The notes beneath the pieces were generated by a model, which was given only the letters and a program-made list of their open reading frames with translations, did no database searches and was not told the origin of the DNA. Source: Eledone cirrhosa (lineage: Eukaryota). From it: a stretch of DNA of 64,000 bases. The position numbers were made by a program, and so were the translations under genes. Numbering within the stretch: the stretch's first letter is position 1; every line of letters begins with the position of its first letter. This document shows positions 1 to 15,000 of the stretch, piece by piece. The stretch spans positions 1-64,000 of the forward strand of contig OZ024742.1 in assembly GCA_964016885.1 (NCBI GenBank), given 5' to 3'.

Positions 1-3000
1 TAATGGTAGGTGATAGTTTGTTACTAATGGTAGTGATAGTTACTAATTGGTAGTGATAGTTGTTACTAATAGTAGTGATAGTTAACTGAATGTTAGTGAT
101 AGTTACTAATGGTAGTGATAGTTACCTAATGGTAGTGATAGTTGTTACTAGATTTGGTAGTGATATGAGTTACTAATGGTAGTGATAGTTGTTTACTAAT
201 GGTAGTGATAGTTGTTACTAATGGTAGTGATAGTTGTTACTAATGGTAGTGATAGTTACTAATGGTAGTGATAGTTACTAATGGTAGTGATAGTTACTAA
301 TGGTAGTGATTAGTTGTTACTAATGGTAGTGATAGTTACTAATGGTAGTGATAGTTGTTACTAATGGTAGTGATAGTTACTAATGGTAGTGATAGTTACT
401 AATGGTATGTGATAGTTGTTACTAATGGTAGTGATAGTTACTAATGGTAAGTGATAGTTGTTACTAATGGTTAAGTGATAGTTTACTAATGGTAGTGATA
501 GTTACTAATGGTAGTGATAGGTTACTAATGGTAGTGATAGTTACTAATGGTAGTGATAGTTGTTACTAATGGTAGTGATAGTTACTAATGGTAGTGATAG
601 TTGTTACTAATGGTAGTGATAGTTACTAATGGTAGTGATAGTTACTAATGGTAGTGATAGGTTACTAATGGTAGTGATAGTGTTACTAATGGTAGTGATA
701 GTTACTAATGGTAGTGATAGTTTACTAATGGTAGTGATAGTTGTTACTAATGGTAGTGATAGTTACTAATGGTAGTGATAGTGTTACTAATGGTAGTGAT
801 AGTTACTAATGGTAGTGATAGTTACTAATGGTAGTGATAGTTGTTACTAATGGTAGTGATAGTTACTAATGGTAGTGATAGTTACTAATGGTAGTGATAG
901 TTACTAATGGTAGTGGATAGTTGTTACTAATGGTAGTGATAGTGTTACTAATGGTAGTGATAGTTGTTACTAAATGGTAGTGATAGTTGTTACTAATGGT
1001 AGTGATAGTTACTAATGGTAGTGATAGTACTAATGTTGATAGTTTACTAATGGTAGTGATAGTTGTTACTAATGGTAGTGATAGTTACTAATGGTAGTGA
1101 TAGTTGTTACTAATGTAGTGATAGTTACTAATGGTAGTGATAGTTACTAATGGTAGTGATAGTTGTTACTAATGGTAGTGATAGTTACTAATGGTAGTGA
1201 TAGTTACTAATAGTAGTGATAGTTACTAATGGTAGTGATAGTTGTTACTAATGGTAGTGATAGTTGTTACTAATGGTAGTGATAGTTACTAATGGTAGTG
1301 ATAGTTGTTACTAATGGTAGTGATAGTTGTTACTAAATAGTAGTGATAGTTACTAATAGTAGTGATATTTACTATGGTAGTGATAGTTACTAATAGTAGT
1401 GATATTTACTAATGGTAGTGATAGTTACTAAAAGGTAGTGATATTTACTAATGGTAGTGATATTTACTAATAGTAGTGATATTTACTAATGGTAGTGATA
1501 TTTACTAATAGTAGGTGATAGTTACTAATAGTAGTGATATTTACTAATGGTGAAGTGAGTATTTACTAATGGTAGTGATATTTACTAATGGTAGTGATAG
1601 TTACTAATGGTAGTGATAGTTACTAATAGGTAGTGATAGTTGTTAATGGTAGTGATAGTTTACTAATGGTAGTGATAGTTACTAATAGTAGTGATAGTTG
1701 TTACTAATAGGTAGTGATAGTTACTAATGGTAGTGATAGTTACTAATGGTTGTGATAGTTGTTACTAATAGTAGTGATAGTTGTTACTTAATGGTAGTGA
1801 TAGTTGTTACTAATAGGGTAGTGATAGTTACTAATGGTACTGATATGTTACTAATGGTAGTGATAGTTACTAATGGTAGTGATAGTTGTTACTAATGTTA
1901 GTGATAGTTACTAATGGTAGTGATAGTTACTAATGGTAGTGATAGTTTGGTTACTAATGGTAGTGATAGTTTACTAATAGTAGTGATAGTTGTTACTAAT
2001 GGTAGTGATAGTTACTAATAGTAGTGATAGTTGTTACTAATGGTAGTGATAGTTTGTTACTAATGGTAGTGATAGTTGTTACAAATGGTACGTGATAGTT
2101 ACTAATGGTACTTGATAGTTACTAATGGTAGTGATAGGTTACTAATGGTAGTGATAGTTGTTACTAATGTTAGTGATAGTTACTAAATGGTAGTGATAGT
2201 TACTAATGGTAGTGATAGTTGTTACTAATGGTAGTGATAGTTACTAATAGTAGTGATAGTTGTTACTAATGGTAGTGATAGTTACTAATAGTAGTGATAG
2301 GTTTGTTACTAATGGTAGTGATAGGTTGTTACTAATGGTAGTGATAGTTACTAATAGTAGTGATAGTTGTTACTAATGGTAGTGATAGTTACTAATAGTA
2401 GTGATAGTTGTTACTAATGGTAGTGATAGTTGTTACTAATGGGTAGTGATAGTTACTAATAGTAGTGATAGTTGTTACTAATGGTAGTGATAGTTGGTTA
2501 CTAATGGTAGTGATAGTTACTAATGGTAGTGATAGTTGTTACTAATGGTAGTGATAGTTACTAATGGTAGTGATAGTTACTAATGGTAGTGATAGTTGTT
2601 ACTAATGGTAGTGATAGTTACTAATAGTAGTGATAGTTGTTACTAATGGTAGTGATATTTACTAAAGGTAGTGATAGTTACTAATGGTAGTGATAGTTGT
2701 TACTAATGGTAGGTGATAGTTACTAATGGTAGTGATAGTTGTTACTAATGGTAGTGATAGTTACTAATAGGTAGTGATAGTTGTTACTAATGGTAGTGAT
2801 AGTTACTAATGGGTAGTGATAGTTACTAATGGTTAGTGATAGTTGTTACTAATGGTAGTGATAGTTACTAATGGTAGTGATAGTTACTAATGGTAGTGAT
2901 AGTTGTTACTAATGGTAGTGATAGTTACTAATGGTAGTGATAGTTACTAATGGTAGTGATAGTTGTTACTAATGGTAGTGATAGTTACTAATAGTAGTGA

Positions 3001-6000
3001 TAGTTGTTACTAATGGTAGTGATATTTACTAAAGGTAGTGATAGTTACTAATGGTAGTGATAGTTGTTACTAATGGTAGTGATAGTTACTAATGGTAGTG
3101 ATAGTTGTTACTAATAGGTAGTGATAGTTACTAATGGTAGTGATAGTTGTTACTAATGGTAGTGATAGTTACTAATGGTAGTGATAGTTGTTACTAATGG
3201 TAGTGATAGTTACTAATAGTAGTGATAGTTGTTACTAATGGTAGTGGTAGTTACTAATGGTAGTGATAGTTACTAATGGTAGTGATAGTTGTTACTAATG
3301 GTGATAGTTACTATGGTAGTGATAGTTACTAATGGTTAGTGATAGTTGTTACTAATGGTAGTGATAGTTACTAATGGTAGTTGATAGTTACTAATGGTAG
3401 TGATAGTTGTTACTTAATGGTAGTGATAGTTACTAATAGGTAGTGATAGTTGTTACTAATGGTAGTGATATTTACTAAAGGTAGTGATAGTTACTAATGG
3501 TAGTGATAGTTGTTACTAATGGTAGTGATAGTTACTAATGGTAGTGATAGGTGTTACTAATGGTAGTGATAGTTACTAATGGTAGTGATAGTTACTAATG
3601 GTAGTGATAGTTGTTACTAATGGTAGTGATAGTTACTAATGGTAGTGATAGTTACTATGGTAGTGATAGTTGTTACTAAATGGTAGTGATAGTTACTAAT
3701 AGTAGTGATAGTTGTTACTAATGGTAGTGATATTTACTAAAGGTAGTGATAGTTACTAATGGTAGTGATAGTTGTTACTAATGGTAGTGATAGTTACTAA
3801 TGGTAGTGATAGTTGTTACTAATGGTAGTGATAGTTACTAATGGTAGTGATAGTTGTTACTAATGGTAGTGATAGTTACTAATGGTAGTGATAGTTGTTA
3901 CTAATGGTAGTGATAGTTACTAATAGTAGTGATAGTTGTTACTAATGGTAGTGATAGTTACTAATGGTAGTGATAGTTTACTAATGGTAGTGATAGTTAC
4001 TAATGGTAGTGATAGTTGTTACTAATGGTAGTGATAGTTACTAATGGTAGTGATAGTTACTAATTGTAGTGATAGTTACTAATGGTAGTGATAGTTGTTA
4101 CTAATGGTAGTGATAGTTACTAATGGTAGTGATAGTTTGTTACTAATGGTAGTGATAGTTACTAATGGTAGTGATAGTTGTTACTAATGGTAGTGATAGT
4201 TACTAATGGTAGTGATAGTTGTTACTAATGGTAGTGATTTAGTTACTAATGGTAGTGATAGTTGTTACTAATGGTAGTGATAGTTACTAATGGTAGTGAT
4301 ACGTTACTAATGGTAGTGATAGTGTTACTAATGGTAGTGATAGTTACTAATGGTAGTGATAGTTGTTTACTAATGGTAGTGATAGTTACTAATGGTAGTG
4401 ATAGTTGTTACTAATGGTACTGATAGTTACTAATGGGTAGTGATAGTTGTTACTAATGGTAGTGATAGTTACTAATGGTAGTGATAGTTGTTACTAATGG
4501 TAGTGATAGTTACTAATGGTAAGTGATAGTTGTTACTAATGGTAGTTGATAGTTGTTACTAATGGTAGTGATAGTTGTTACTAATGGTAGGTGATAGTTA
4601 CTAATGGTAGTGATATGTTTACTAATGGTAGTGATAGTTACTATGGTAGTGATAGTTTTACTAATGGTCGTGATAGTTACTAATGGTAGTGATAGTTGTT
4701 ACTAATGGTAGTGATAGTTACTATGGTAGTGATAGTTACTAATGGTAGTGATAGTTTGTTACTAAGTGGTAGTGATAGTTACTAATGGTAGTGATAGTTG
4801 TTACTAATGAGTAGTGATAGTACTAATGGTAGTGATAGTTACTAATGGTAGTGATAGTTACTAATGGTAGTGATAGTTGTTACTAATGGTAGTGATAGTT
4901 ACTAATGGTAGTGATAGTTGTTACTAATGGTAGTGATAGTTGTTACTAATGGTAGTGATAGTTGTTAGCTAATGGTAGTGATAGTTACTAATGGTAGTGA
5001 TAGTTACTAATGGTAGTGATAGTTACTAATGGTAGTGATAGTTGTTACTAATGGTAGTGATAGTTACTAATGGTAGTGATAGTTGTTACTAATGGTAGTG
5101 ATAGTTTACTAATGGTAGTGATAGTTACTAAGTGGTAGTGATAGTTGGTTACTAATGGTGAGTGATAGTTACTAATGGTAGTGATAGTGTACTAATGGTA
5201 GTTGATAGTTACTAATGGTAGTGATAGTTACTAATGGTAGTGATAGTTACTAATGGTAGTGATAGTTGTTACTAATGGTAGTGATAGTTACTAATGGTAA
5301 GTGATAGTTTACTAATGGTAAGTGATAGTTGTTACTAATGGTAGTGATAGTTACTAATGGTAGTGATAGTTTACTAATGGTAGCTGATAGTTACTAATGG
5401 TAGTGATAGTTGTTACTAATGGTAGTGATAGTTTACTAATGGTAGTGATAGTGTTATCTAATGGTAGTGATAGTTGTTACTATGGTAGTGATAGTTACTA
5501 ATGGTAGTGATAGTTGTTACTAATGGTAGTGATAGTTACTAATGGTAGTGATAGTTACTAATGGTAGTGATAGTTGTTACTAATGGTAGTGATAGTTACT
5601 AATGGTAGTGATAGTTACTAATGGTAAGTGATAGTTACTAATGGTAGTGATAGTTGTTACTTAATGGTAGTGATAGTTACTAATGGTAGTGATAGTTGTT
5701 ACTAATGGTAGTGATAGTTTACTAATGGTAGTGATAGTTACTAATGGTAGTGATAGTGTTACTAATGGTAGTGATAGTTACTAATGGTAGTGATAGTTTT
5801 ACTAAGTGGTAGTGATAGTTACTAATGGTAGTGATAGTTGTTACTAATAGTAGTGATAGTTACTAATGGTAGTGATAGTTACTAATGGTAGTGATAGTTG
5901 TTACTAATGGTAGTGATAGTTACTAATGGTAGTGATAGTTACTAATAGTAGTGATAGTTACTAATGGTAGTGATAGTTGTTACTAATGGTAGTGATAGTT

Positions 6001-9000
6001 GTTACTAATGGTAGTGATAGTTACTAATGGTAGTGATAGTTGTTACTAATGGTAGTGATAGTTGTTACTAATAGTAGTGATAGTTACTAATAGTAGTGAT
6101 ATTTACTAATGGTAGTGATAGTTACTAATAGTAGTGATATTTACTAATGGTAGTGATAGTTACTAAAGGTAGTGATATTTACTAATGGTAGTGATATTTA
6201 CTAATAGTAGTGATAGTTACTAATAGTAGTGATATTTACTAATGGTAGTGATAGTTACTAAAGGTAGTGATATTTACTAATGGTAGTGATATTTACTAAT
6301 AGTAGTGATATTTACTAATGGTAGTGATATTTACTAATAGTAGTGATAGTTACTAATAGTAGTGATATTTACTAATGGTAGTGATATTTACTAATGGTAG
6401 TGATATTTACTAATGGTAGTGATAGTTACTAATGGTAGTGATAGTTACTAATGGTAGTGATAGTTGTTAATGGTAGTGATAGTTACTAATGGTAGTGATA
6501 GTTACTAATAGTAGTGATAGTTGTTACTAATAGTAGTGATAGTTACTAATGGTAGTGATAGTTACTAATGGTTGTGATAGTTGTTACTAATAGTAGTGAT
6601 AGTTGTTACTAATGGTAGTGATAGTTGTTACTAATGGTAGTGATAGTTACTAATGGTACTGATAGTTACTAATGGTAGTGATAGTTACTAATGGTAGTGA
6701 TAGTTGTTACTAATGTTAGTGATAGTTACTAATGGTAGTGATAGTTACTAATGGTAGTGATAGTTGTTACTAATGGTAGTGATAGTTACTAATAGTAGTG
6801 ATAGTTGTTACTAATGGTAGTGATAGTTACTAATAGTAGTGATAGTTGTTACTAATGGTAGTGATAGTTGTTACTAATGGTAGTGATAGTTGTTACAAAT
6901 GGTACTGATAGTTACTAATGGTACTGATAGTTACTAATGGTAGTGATAGTTACTAATGGTAGTGATAGTTGTTACTAATGTTAGTGATAGTTACTAATGG
7001 TAGTGATAGTTACTAATGGTAGTGATAGTTGTTACTAATGGTAGTGATAGTTACTAATAGTAGTGATAGTTGTTACTAATGGTAGTGATAGTTACTAATA
7101 GTAGTGATAGTTGTTACTAATGGTAGTGATAGTTGTTACTAATGGTAGTGATAGTTACTAATAGTAGTGATAGTTGTTACTAATGGTAGTGATAGTTACT
7201 AATAGTAGTGATAGTTGTTACTAATGGTAGTGATAGTTGTTACTAATGGTAGTGATAGTTACTAATAGTAGTGATAGTTGTTACTAATGGTAGTGATAGT
7301 TACTAATGGTAGTGATAGTTACTAATGGTAGTGATAGTTGTTACTAATGGTAGTGATAGTTACTAATGGTAGTGATAGTTACTAATGGTAGTGATAGTTG
7401 TTACTAATGGTAGTGATAGTTACTAATAGTAGTGATAGTTGTTACTAATGGTAGTGATATTTACTAAAGGTAGTGATAGTTACTAATGGTAGTGATAATT
7501 GTTACTAATGGTAGTGATAGTTACTAATGGTAGTGATAGTTGTTACTAATGGTAGTGATAGTTACTAATAGTAGTGATAGTTGTTACTAATGGTAGTGAT
7601 AGTTACTAATGGTAGTGATAGTTACTAATGGTAGTGATAGTTGTTACTAATGGTAGTGATAGTTACTAATGGTAGTGATAGTTACTAATGGTAGTGATAG
7701 TTGTTACTAATGGTAGTGATAGTTACTAATGGTAGTGATAGTTACTAATGGTAGTGATAGTTGTTACTAATGGTAGTGATAGTTACTAATAGTAGTGATA
7801 GTTGTTACTAATGGTAGTGATATTTACTAAAGGTAGTGATAGTTACTAATGGTAGTGATAGTTGTTACTAATGGTAGTGATAGTTACTAATGGTAGTGAT
7901 AGTTGTTACTAATGGTAGTGATAGTTACTAATGGTAGTGATAGTTGTTACTAATGGTAGTGATAGTTACTAATGGTAGTGATAGTTGTTACTAATGGTAG
8001 TGATAGTTACTAATAGTAGTGATAGTTGTTACTAATGGTAGTGATAGTTACTAATGGTAGTGATAGTTACTAATGGTAGTGATAGTTGTTACTAATGGTA
8101 GTGATAGTTACTAATGGTAGTGATAGTTACTAATGGTAGTGATAGTTGTTACTAATGGTAGTGATAGTTACTAATGGTAGTGATAGTTACTAATGGTAGT
8201 GATAGTTGTTACTAATGGTAGTGATAGTTACTAATAGTAGTGATAGTTGTTACTAATGGTAGTGATATTTACTAAAGGTAGTGATAGTTACTAATGGTAG
8301 TGATAGTTGTTACTAATGGTAGTGATAGTTACTAATGGTAGTGATAGGTGTTACTAATGGTAGTGATAGTTACTAATGGTAGTGATAGTTACTAATGGTA
8401 GTGATAGTTGTTACTAATGGTAGTGATAGTTACTAATGGTAGTGATAGTTACTAATGGTAGTGATAGTTGTTACTAATGGTAGTGATAGTTACTAATAGT
8501 AGTGATAGTTGTTACTAATGGTAGTGATATTTACTAAAGGTAGTGATAGTTACTAATGGTAGTGATAGTTGTTACTAATGGTAGTGATAGTTACTAATGG
8601 TAGTGATAGTTGTTACTAATGGTAGTGATAGTTACTAATGGTAGTGATAGTTGTTACTAATGGTAGTGATAGTTACTAATGGTAGTGATAGTTGTTACTA
8701 ATGGTAGTGATAGTTACTAATAGTAGTGATAGTTGTTACTAATGGTAGTGATAGTTACTAATGGTAGTGATAGTTGTTACTAATGGTAGTGATAGTTACT
8801 AATAGTAGTGATAGTTGTTACTAATGGTAGTGATAGTTACTAATGGTAGTGATAGTTACTAATGGTAGTGATAGTTACTAATGGTAGTGATAGTTGTTAC
8901 TAATGGTAGTGATAGTTACTAATGGTAGTGATAGTTACTAATGGTAGTGATAGTTACTAATGGTAGTGATAGTTGTTACTAATGGTAGTGATAGTTACTA

Positions 9001-12000
9001 ATGGTAGTGATAGTTGTTACTAATGGTAGTGATAGTTACTAATGGTAGTGATAGTTGTTACTAATGGTAGTGATAGTTGTTACTAATGGTAGTGATAGTT
9101 ACTAATGGTAGTGATAGTTGTTACTAATGGTAGTGATAGTTACTAATAGTAGTGATAGTTGTTACTAATGGTAGTGATAGTTACTAATGGTAGTGATAGT
9201 TACTAATGGTAGTGATAGTTGTTATTAATGGTAGTGATAGTTACTAATAGTAGTGATAGTTACTAATAGTAGTGATAGTTGTTACTAATGGTAGTGATAG
9301 TTACTAATAGTAGTGATAGTTGTTACTAATGGTAGTGATAGTTACTAATGGTAGTGATAGTTGTTACTAATGGTAGTGATAGTTACTAATGGTAGTGATA
9401 GTTGTTACTAATGGTAGTGATAGTTACTAATAGTAGTGATAGTTGTTACTAATAGTAGTGATAGTTACTAATGGTAGTGATAGTTGTTACTAATGGTAGT
9501 GATAGTTACTAATGGTAGTGATAGTTGTTACTAATGGTAGTGATAGTTACTAATGGTAGTGATAGTTGTTACTAATGGTAGTGATAGTTACTAATGGTAG
9601 TGATAGTTGTTACTAATGGTAGTGATAGTTACTAATGGTAGTGATAGTTGTTACTAATGGTAGTGATAGTTACTAATGGTAGTGATAGTTGTTACTAATG
9701 GTAGTGATAGTTACTAATGGTAGTGATAGTTGTTACTAATGGTAGTGATAGTTACTAATGGTAGTGATAGTTGTTACTAATGGTAGTGATAGTTACTAAT
9801 GGTAGTGATAGTTGTTACTAATGGTAGTGATAGTTGTTACTAATGGTAGTGATAGTTACTAATGGTAGTGATAGTTGTTACTAATGGTAGTGATAGTTAC
9901 TAATAGTAGTGATAGTTGTTACTAATGGTAGTGATAGTTACTAATGGTAGTGATAGTTGTTACTAATGTTAGTGATAGTTACTAATAGTAGTGATAGTTG
10001 TTACTAATAGTAGTGATAGTTACTAATGGTAGTGATAGTTGTTACTAATGGTAGTGATAGTTACTAATGGTAGTGATAGTTGTTACTAATGGTAGTGATA
10101 GTTACTAATGGTAGTGATAGTTGTTACTAATGGTAGTGATAGTTACTAATAGTAGTGATAGTTGTTACTAATGGTAGTGATAGTTACTAATGGTAGTGAT
10201 AGTTGTTACTAATGGTAGTGATAGTTACTAATAGTAGTGATAGTTGTTACTAATAGTAGTGGTAGTTACTAATGGTAGTGATAGTTGTTACTAATAGTAG
10301 TGATAGTTACTAATGGTAGTGATAGTTGTTACTAATGGTAGTGATAGTTACTAATGGTAGTGATAGTTGTTACTAATGGTAGTGATAGTTACTAATGGTA
10401 GTGATAGTCGTTACTAATGGTAGTGATAGTTACTAATAGTAGTGATAGTTGTTACTAATAGTAGTGATAGTTACTAATGGTAGTGATAGTTGTTACTAAT
10501 GGTAGTGATAGTTACTAACGGTAGTGATAGTTGTTACTAATGGTAGTGATAGTTACTAATGGTAGTGATAGTCGTTACTAATGGTAGTGATAGTTACTAA
10601 TGGTAGTGATAGTCGTTACTAATGGTAGTGATAGTTACTAATGGTAGTGATAGTTACTAATGGTAGTGATAGTTACTAATGGTAGTGATAGTCGTTACTA
10701 ATGGTAGTGATAGTTACTAATGGTAGTGATAGTTACTAATGGTAGTGATAGTTACTAATGGTAGTGATAGTTGTTACTAATGGTAGTGATAGTTACTAAT
10801 GGTAGTGATAGTCGTTACTAATGGTAGTGATAGTTACTAATGGTAGTGATAGTTATTAATGGTAGTGATAGTTACTAATGGTAGTGATAGTCGTTACTAA
10901 TGGTAGTGATAGTTACTAATGGTAGTGATAGTTACTAATGGTAGTGGTAGTTGTTACTAATGGTAGTGATAGTTGTTACTAATGGTAGTGATAGTTACTA
11001 ATGGTAGTGATAGTTACTAATGGTAGTGATAGTTACTAATGGTAGTGATAGTCGTTACTAATGGTAGTGATAGTTACTAATGGTAGTGATAGTCGTTACT
11101 AATGGTAGTGATAGTTACTAATGGTAGTGATAGTTACTAATGGTACTGATAGTTACTAATGGTAGTGATAGTTACTAATGGTAGTGATAGTCGTTACTAA
11201 TGGTAGTGATAGTTACTAATGGTAGTGATAGTTACTAATGGTAGTGATAGTTACTAATGGTAGTGATAGTCGTTACTAATGGTAGTGATAGTTAATAATG
11301 GTAGTGATAGTTGTTACTAATGGTAGTGATAGTTACTAATGGTAGTGATAGTTACTAATGGTAGTGATAGTTGTTACTAATGGTAGTGATAGTTACTAAT
11401 AGTAGTGATAGTTGTTACTAATGGTAGTGATAGTTACTAATGGTAGTGATAGTTACTAATGGTAGTGATAGTTACTAATAGTAGTGATAGTTGTTACTAA
11501 TGGTAGTGATAGTTACTAATGGTAGTGATAGTTACTAATGGTAGTGATAGTTACTATTGGCAGTGATAGTTGTTACTAATGGTAGTGATAGTTACTAATG
11601 TCATTGATAGTTGTTACTAATGGTAGTGATAGTTACTAATGGTAGTGATAGTTACTATTGGCAGTGATAGTTGTTACTAATGGTAGTGATAGTTACTAAT
11701 GTCATTGATAGTTGTTACTAATAGTAGTGATAGTTACTAATGGTAGTGATAGTTACTAATGGTAGTGATAGTTGTTAATGGTAGTGATAGTTACTAATGG
11801 TAGTGATAGTTACTAATGGTAGTGATAGTTACTAATGGTAGTGATAGTTACTAATGGTAGTGATAGTTACTAATGGTAGTGATAGTTACTAATGGTAGTG
11901 ATAGTTACTAATAGTAGTGATAGTTACTAATGGTAGTGATAGTTACTAATGGTAGTGATAGTTACTAATGGTAGTGATAGTTACTAATAGTAGTGATAGT

Positions 12001-15000
12001 TACTAATGGTAGTGATAGTTACTAATAGTAGTGATAGTTACTAATGGTAGTGATAGTTACTAATAGTAGTGATAGTTACTAATGGTAGTGATAGTTACTA
12101 ATAGTAGTGATAGTTACTAATGGTAGTGATAGTTACAAATGGTAGTGATAGTTACTAATGGTAGTGATAGTTACTAATGGTAGTGATAGTTACTAAAGGC
12201 AGTGATATTTACTAATAGTAGTGATAGTTACTAATAGTAGTGATAGTTACTAATGGTTGTGATAGTTACTAATGTTAGTGATATTTACTAATAGTAGTGA
12301 TAGTTACTAATGGTAGTGATAGTTACTAATAGTAGTGATAGTTACTAATGGTAGTGATAGTTACTAATGGTAGTGATAGTTGTTACTAATGGTAGTGATA
12401 GTTACTAATGGTAGTGATAGTTACTAATAGTAGTGATAGTTGTTACTAATAGTAGTGATAGTTACTAATGGTAGTGATAGTTACTAATGGTAGTGATAGT
12501 TGTTAATGGTAGTGATAGTTACTAATGGTAGTGATAGTTACTAATAGTAGTGATAGTTGTTACTAATAGTAGTGATAGTTACTAATGGTAGTGATAGTTA
12601 CTAATAGTAGTGATAGTTGTTACTAATAGTAGTGATAGTTACTAATGGTAGTGATAGTTACTAATAGTAGTGATAGTTGTTACTAATAGTAGTGATAGTT
12701 ACTAATGGTAGTGATAGTTACTAATAGTAGTGATAGTTGTTACTAATGGTAGTGATAGTTACTAATGGTAGTGATAGTTGTTACTAATGGTAGTGATAGT
12801 TGTTACTAATGGTAGTGATAGTTACTAATGGCAGTGATAGTTGTTACTAATGGTAGTGATAGTTGTTACTAATGGTAGTGATAGTTACTAATGGTAGTGA
12901 TAGTTGTTACTAATGGTAGTGATAGTTGTTACTAATGGTAGTGATAGTTACTAATGGTAGTGAATGTTGTTACTAATAGTAGTGATAGTTACTAATGGTA
13001 GTGATAGTTGTTACTAATAGTAGTGATAGTTACTAATGGCAGTGATAGTTGTTACTAATGGTAGTGATAGTTCTTACTAATAGTAGTGATAGTTACTAAT
13101 GGTAGTGATAGTTGTTACTAATGGTAGTGATAGTTGTTACTAATAGTAGTGATAGTTACTAATGGTAGTGATAGTTGTTACTAATAGTAGTGATAGTTAC
13201 TAATGTCAGTGATAGTTGTTACTAATGGTAGTGAATGTTGTTACTAATGGTAGTGATAGTTGTTACTAATAGTAGTGATAGTTACTAATGGTAGTGATAG
13301 TTACTAATGGTAGTGATAGTTACTAATGGTAGTGATAGTTACTAATAGTAGTGATAGTTACTAATGGTAGTGATAGTTGTTACTAATGGTAGTGATAGTT
13401 GTTACTAATGGTAGTGATAGTTACTAATAGTAGTGATAGTTGTTACTAATGGTAGTGATAGTTACTAATGGTAGTGATAGTTACAAATGGTAGTGATAGT
13501 TACTAATGGTAGTGATAGTTACTAATGGTAGTGATAGTTACTAATGGTAGTGATAGTTACTAAAGGTAGTGATATTTACTAATAGTAGTGATAGTTACTA
13601 ATGGTAGTGATAGTTACTAATGGTAGTGATAGTTACTAATGGTAGTGATAGTTACAAATGGTAGTGATAGTTACTAATGGTAGTGATAGTTACTAATGGT
13701 AGTGATAGTTACAAATAGTAGTGATAGTTACTAATGGTAGTGATAGTTACTAATGGTAGTGATAGTTACTAATGGTAGTGATAGTTACAAATGGTAGTGA
13801 TAGTTACTAATGGTAGTGATAGTTACTAATGGTAGTGATAGTTACTAAAGGTAGTGATATTTACTAATAGTAGTGATAGTTACTAATGGTAGTGATAGTT
13901 ACTAATGGTAGTGATAGTTACTAATAGTAGTGATAGTTACTAAAGGTAGTGATAGTTACTAAAGGTAGTGATAGTTACTAAAGGTAGTGATAGTTACTAA
14001 AGGTAGTGATAGTTACTAAAGGTAGTGATAGTTACTAAAGGTAGTGATAGTTACTAAAGGTAGTGATAGTTACTAAAGGTAGTGATAGTTACTAATGGTA
14101 GTGATAGTTACTAATGGTAGTGATAGTTACTAATGGTAGTGATATTTACTAATGGTAGTGATAGTTACTAAAGGTAGTGATAGTTACTAATGGTAGTGAT
14201 AGTTACTAATGGTAGTGATAGTTACTAATGGTAGTGATAGTTACTAATGGTAGTGATATTTACTAATGGTAGTGATAGTTACTAAAGGTAGTGATATTTA
14301 CTAATAGTAGTGATAGTTACTAATAGTAGTGATAGTTACTAATAGTAGTGATAGTTACTAATAGTAGTGATAGTTACTAATAGTAGTGATAGTTACTAAT
14401 GGTAGTGATAGTTGTTACTAATAGTAGTGATATTTACTAATGGTAGTGATAGTTACTAATAGTAGTGATAGTTGTTACTAATGGTAGTGATAGTTACTAA
14501 TGGTAGTGATAGTTACTAATGGTAGTGATAGTTACTAATGGTAGTGATAGTTACTAATAGTAGTGATAGTTACTAATGGTAGTGATAGTTACTAATAGTA
14601 GTGATAGTTACTAATGGTAGTGATAGTTACTAATAGTAGTGATAGTTGTTACTAATGGTAGTGATAGTTACTAAAGGTAGTGATAGTTACTAATAGTAGT
14701 GATAGTTACTAATAGTAGTGATAGTTACTAATAGTAGTGATAGTTACTAATAGTAGTGATAGTTACTAATGGTAGTGATAGTTACTAATAGTAGTGATAG
14801 TTACTAATAGTAGTGATAGTTACTAATGGTAGTGATATTTACTAATAGTAGTGATAGTTACTAATAGTAGTGATAGTTACTAATAGTAGTGATAGTTACT
14901 AATAGTAGTGATAGTTACTAATGGTAGTGATATTTACTAATAGTAGTGATAGTTACTAATGGTAGTGATAGTTACTAATGGTAGTGATAGTTACTAATGG

